DNA of 64,000 nucleotides from Acidimicrobiia bacterium (GTDB lineage Bacteria > Actinomycetota > Acidimicrobiia > Acidimicrobiales > Bin134): positions 7,312 to 71,311 of the forward strand of contig JAJEDQ010000038.1 of the NCBI GenBank assembly GCA_022821445.1, in the 5' to 3' direction. The notes beneath the pieces were generated by a model. That model did not search any database, had not been told where the DNA came from, and was given only the letters and a program-made list of their open reading frames with translations. A program made the position numbers and the translations under genes. Positions 63,001-64,000 of this stretch are shown here, piece by piece (the stretch's first letter is position 1; every line of letters starts with the position of its first letter).

Positions 63001-64000
63001 GACTCCAGGGATCGTGGGCCACGGTGACAGGTTCGGTGCGCATGAACAACGCCTGCGCCACGATTCCTCCAGTGAGCGGGGGTTCCTGTCCAGCCAAGTC
63101 GGCCATAGTCAGGGCGACCCGTCGGACCCGCTGGAACCCTCGAGCGGTGAGACGGCCATCTGCGATGGCTTGGCTGAACAGGCTTTTGGCCTCTGGGTCG
63201 AGCGGAGCGAACTCTTCCAAGACATCATCGGGTAACTCGCTGTTGGACGCCACTCCGCGGTCGCGCGCAACCACTCGGACCCGGTCCACCCTGGCCCTCA
63301 CCTCGGCCGAAGATTCCCCTGGCGGCGCGTCGAACAGGTCGCCGACCTCCGGCCGGCCGACATGGATTCTCAGGTCGAAGCGGTCCAGCAACGGCCCGCT
63401 CAACCGCCGGGCATAGCGCAATCGGGCCAGGGGCGTACACCGGCACATGCCGGGCTGTCCCAGTTCCCCGCAGGGGCACGGGTTCATCGCCCCCACCAGT
63501 AGGAATCGAGCGGGAAACGACGCCACCGCCGCGGCGCGGTTGACTCGGATGACCCCTTCTTCGAGGGGCTGGCGCAGCGCATCCAGAGCCTGGGGGCCGA
63601 ACTCTCCCATTTCGTCCAAGAACAGCACGCCGCCATGAGCGCAGCTGATGGCACCGGGACGGAGCATCCTGCTCCCGCCCCCTACCAAGGCGATCATCGA
63701 AGCAGAGTGATGGGGCGCTTGCCAGGGAGCTCGCCGTATCAGTCCCGAGGAGGGCAGGTTCAATCCGACGGCCGAGTGCACCATGGTGGCTTCGATGGCA
63801 GTGGCCTCGTCTAACGGCGGCAGAAGTCCGGGAAGCCGCCGGGCCAACATCGTCTTGCCTGCGCCCGGAGGACCGATCATCAACAGGTGATGTCCGCCTG
63901 CCGCGGCCACTTCCAAGCCCAAGCGCGCCATGTGCTGACCTCTCACGTCAGCCAGGTCTGCGATTTCATCCAGCGGATTCGCCGACCCGGGCTCGGGTGG
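62984..64000 (-). CDS. comM: Mg-chelatase-like AAA+ protein YifB/ComM (N-terminus lies beyond the right edge of the window)
   Basis: LLMIGPPGAGKTMLARRLPGLLPPL (Walker A) and VLFLDEMGEF (Walker B). The reading frame stays open upstream to position 64000 (...DEIADLADVRGQHMARLGLEVAAAGGH...). Confidence 0.88.
   Translation of the reverse strand, partial: PPEPGSANPLDEIADLADVRGQHMARLGLEVAAAGGHHLLMIGPPGAGKTMLARRLPGLLPPLDEATAIEATMVHSAVGLNLPSSGLIRRAPWQAPHHSASMIALVGGGSRMLRPGAISCAHGGVLFLDEMGEFGPQALDALRQPLEEGVIRVNRAAAVASFPARFLLVGAMNPCPCGELGQPGMCRCTPLARLRYARRLSGPLLDRFDLRIHVGRPEVGDLFDAPPGESSAEVRARVDRVRVVARDRGVASNSELPDDVLEEFAPLDPEAKSLFSQAIADGRLTARGFQRVRRVALTMADLAGQEPPLTGGIVAQALFMRTEPVTVAHDPWSLANAR

Noticed and set aside
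1-64000. tRNA, rRNA or tmRNA genes in the longer intergenic regions (7016-7111, 14339-14646, 15752-15832, 40382-40519, 40790-40918, 50178-50330, 60031-60166).
   Set aside because: Reading these spacers by eye, I saw no cloverleaf-compatible arms (no GTTCRANYC T-loop context) and no rRNA-like conserved blocks. A tRNAscan/Infernal run would be needed to exclude small RNAs formally.

Overview
This is a high-GC chromosomal core segment. Hand counts on sampled 60-nt lines give about 63-77% G+C. Gene order looks actinobacterial (DEAD-box helicase, lgt, nrdJ, dapE-dapD-dapC, hflX-dapF-miaA-miaB-recA, cinA-pgsA-rimO, ftsK, rnj-dapA, dapB-pnp-rpsO, ribF-truB-rbfA-infB-nusA-rimP, proS-ispG-rseP-dxr-cdsA-frr-pyrH-tsf-rpsB, xerC-dprA-comM), but the taxon cannot be fixed without a database search. 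Almost everything from 11.6 kb onward is on the minus strand. I saw no rRNA, tRNA, CRISPR array, IS element or prophage. The standout is a ~4.6 kb lower-GC (about 53-65% on sampled lines) plus-strand cassette of three genes at 7.0-11.6 kb, between an alcohol dehydrogenase gene and nrdJ. It encodes an RHH/winged-helix protein, an 875-aa protein with an N-terminal GHKL (Bergerat-fold) ATPase motif set followed by putative beta-sandwich repeats, and a 260-aa orphan. The genes are translationally coupled and preceded by an AT-rich promoter/operator-like region. No mobility gene is present and I recognise no effector domain. This is my best candidate for an uncharacterised conflict/defence-type system. 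Other points worth a second look: (1) RNase J is split by a single in-frame TAG where a conserved Ser codon is expected. (2) Short tandem or near-tandem duplications sit exactly on cistron boundaries: 41 bp x2.5 at rbfA/truB forming a chain of start/stop-coupled mini-ORFs, 29 bp x6 at pgsA/cinA, and 3'-end duplications at ribF, recA and the CaCA gene. This resembles mycobacterial MIRUs. (3) PNPase carries a ~154-aa Arg/Asp-rich repeat tail. (4) A RecA-NDp (PafBC-type) promoter motif lies upstream of recA, with no LexA box and no recX. (5) The nrdJ leader and the rpsO-pnp spacer are long and structured. Many long ORFs in the six-frame track are antisense or out-of-frame shadows typical of high-GC DNA and are not reported as genes.
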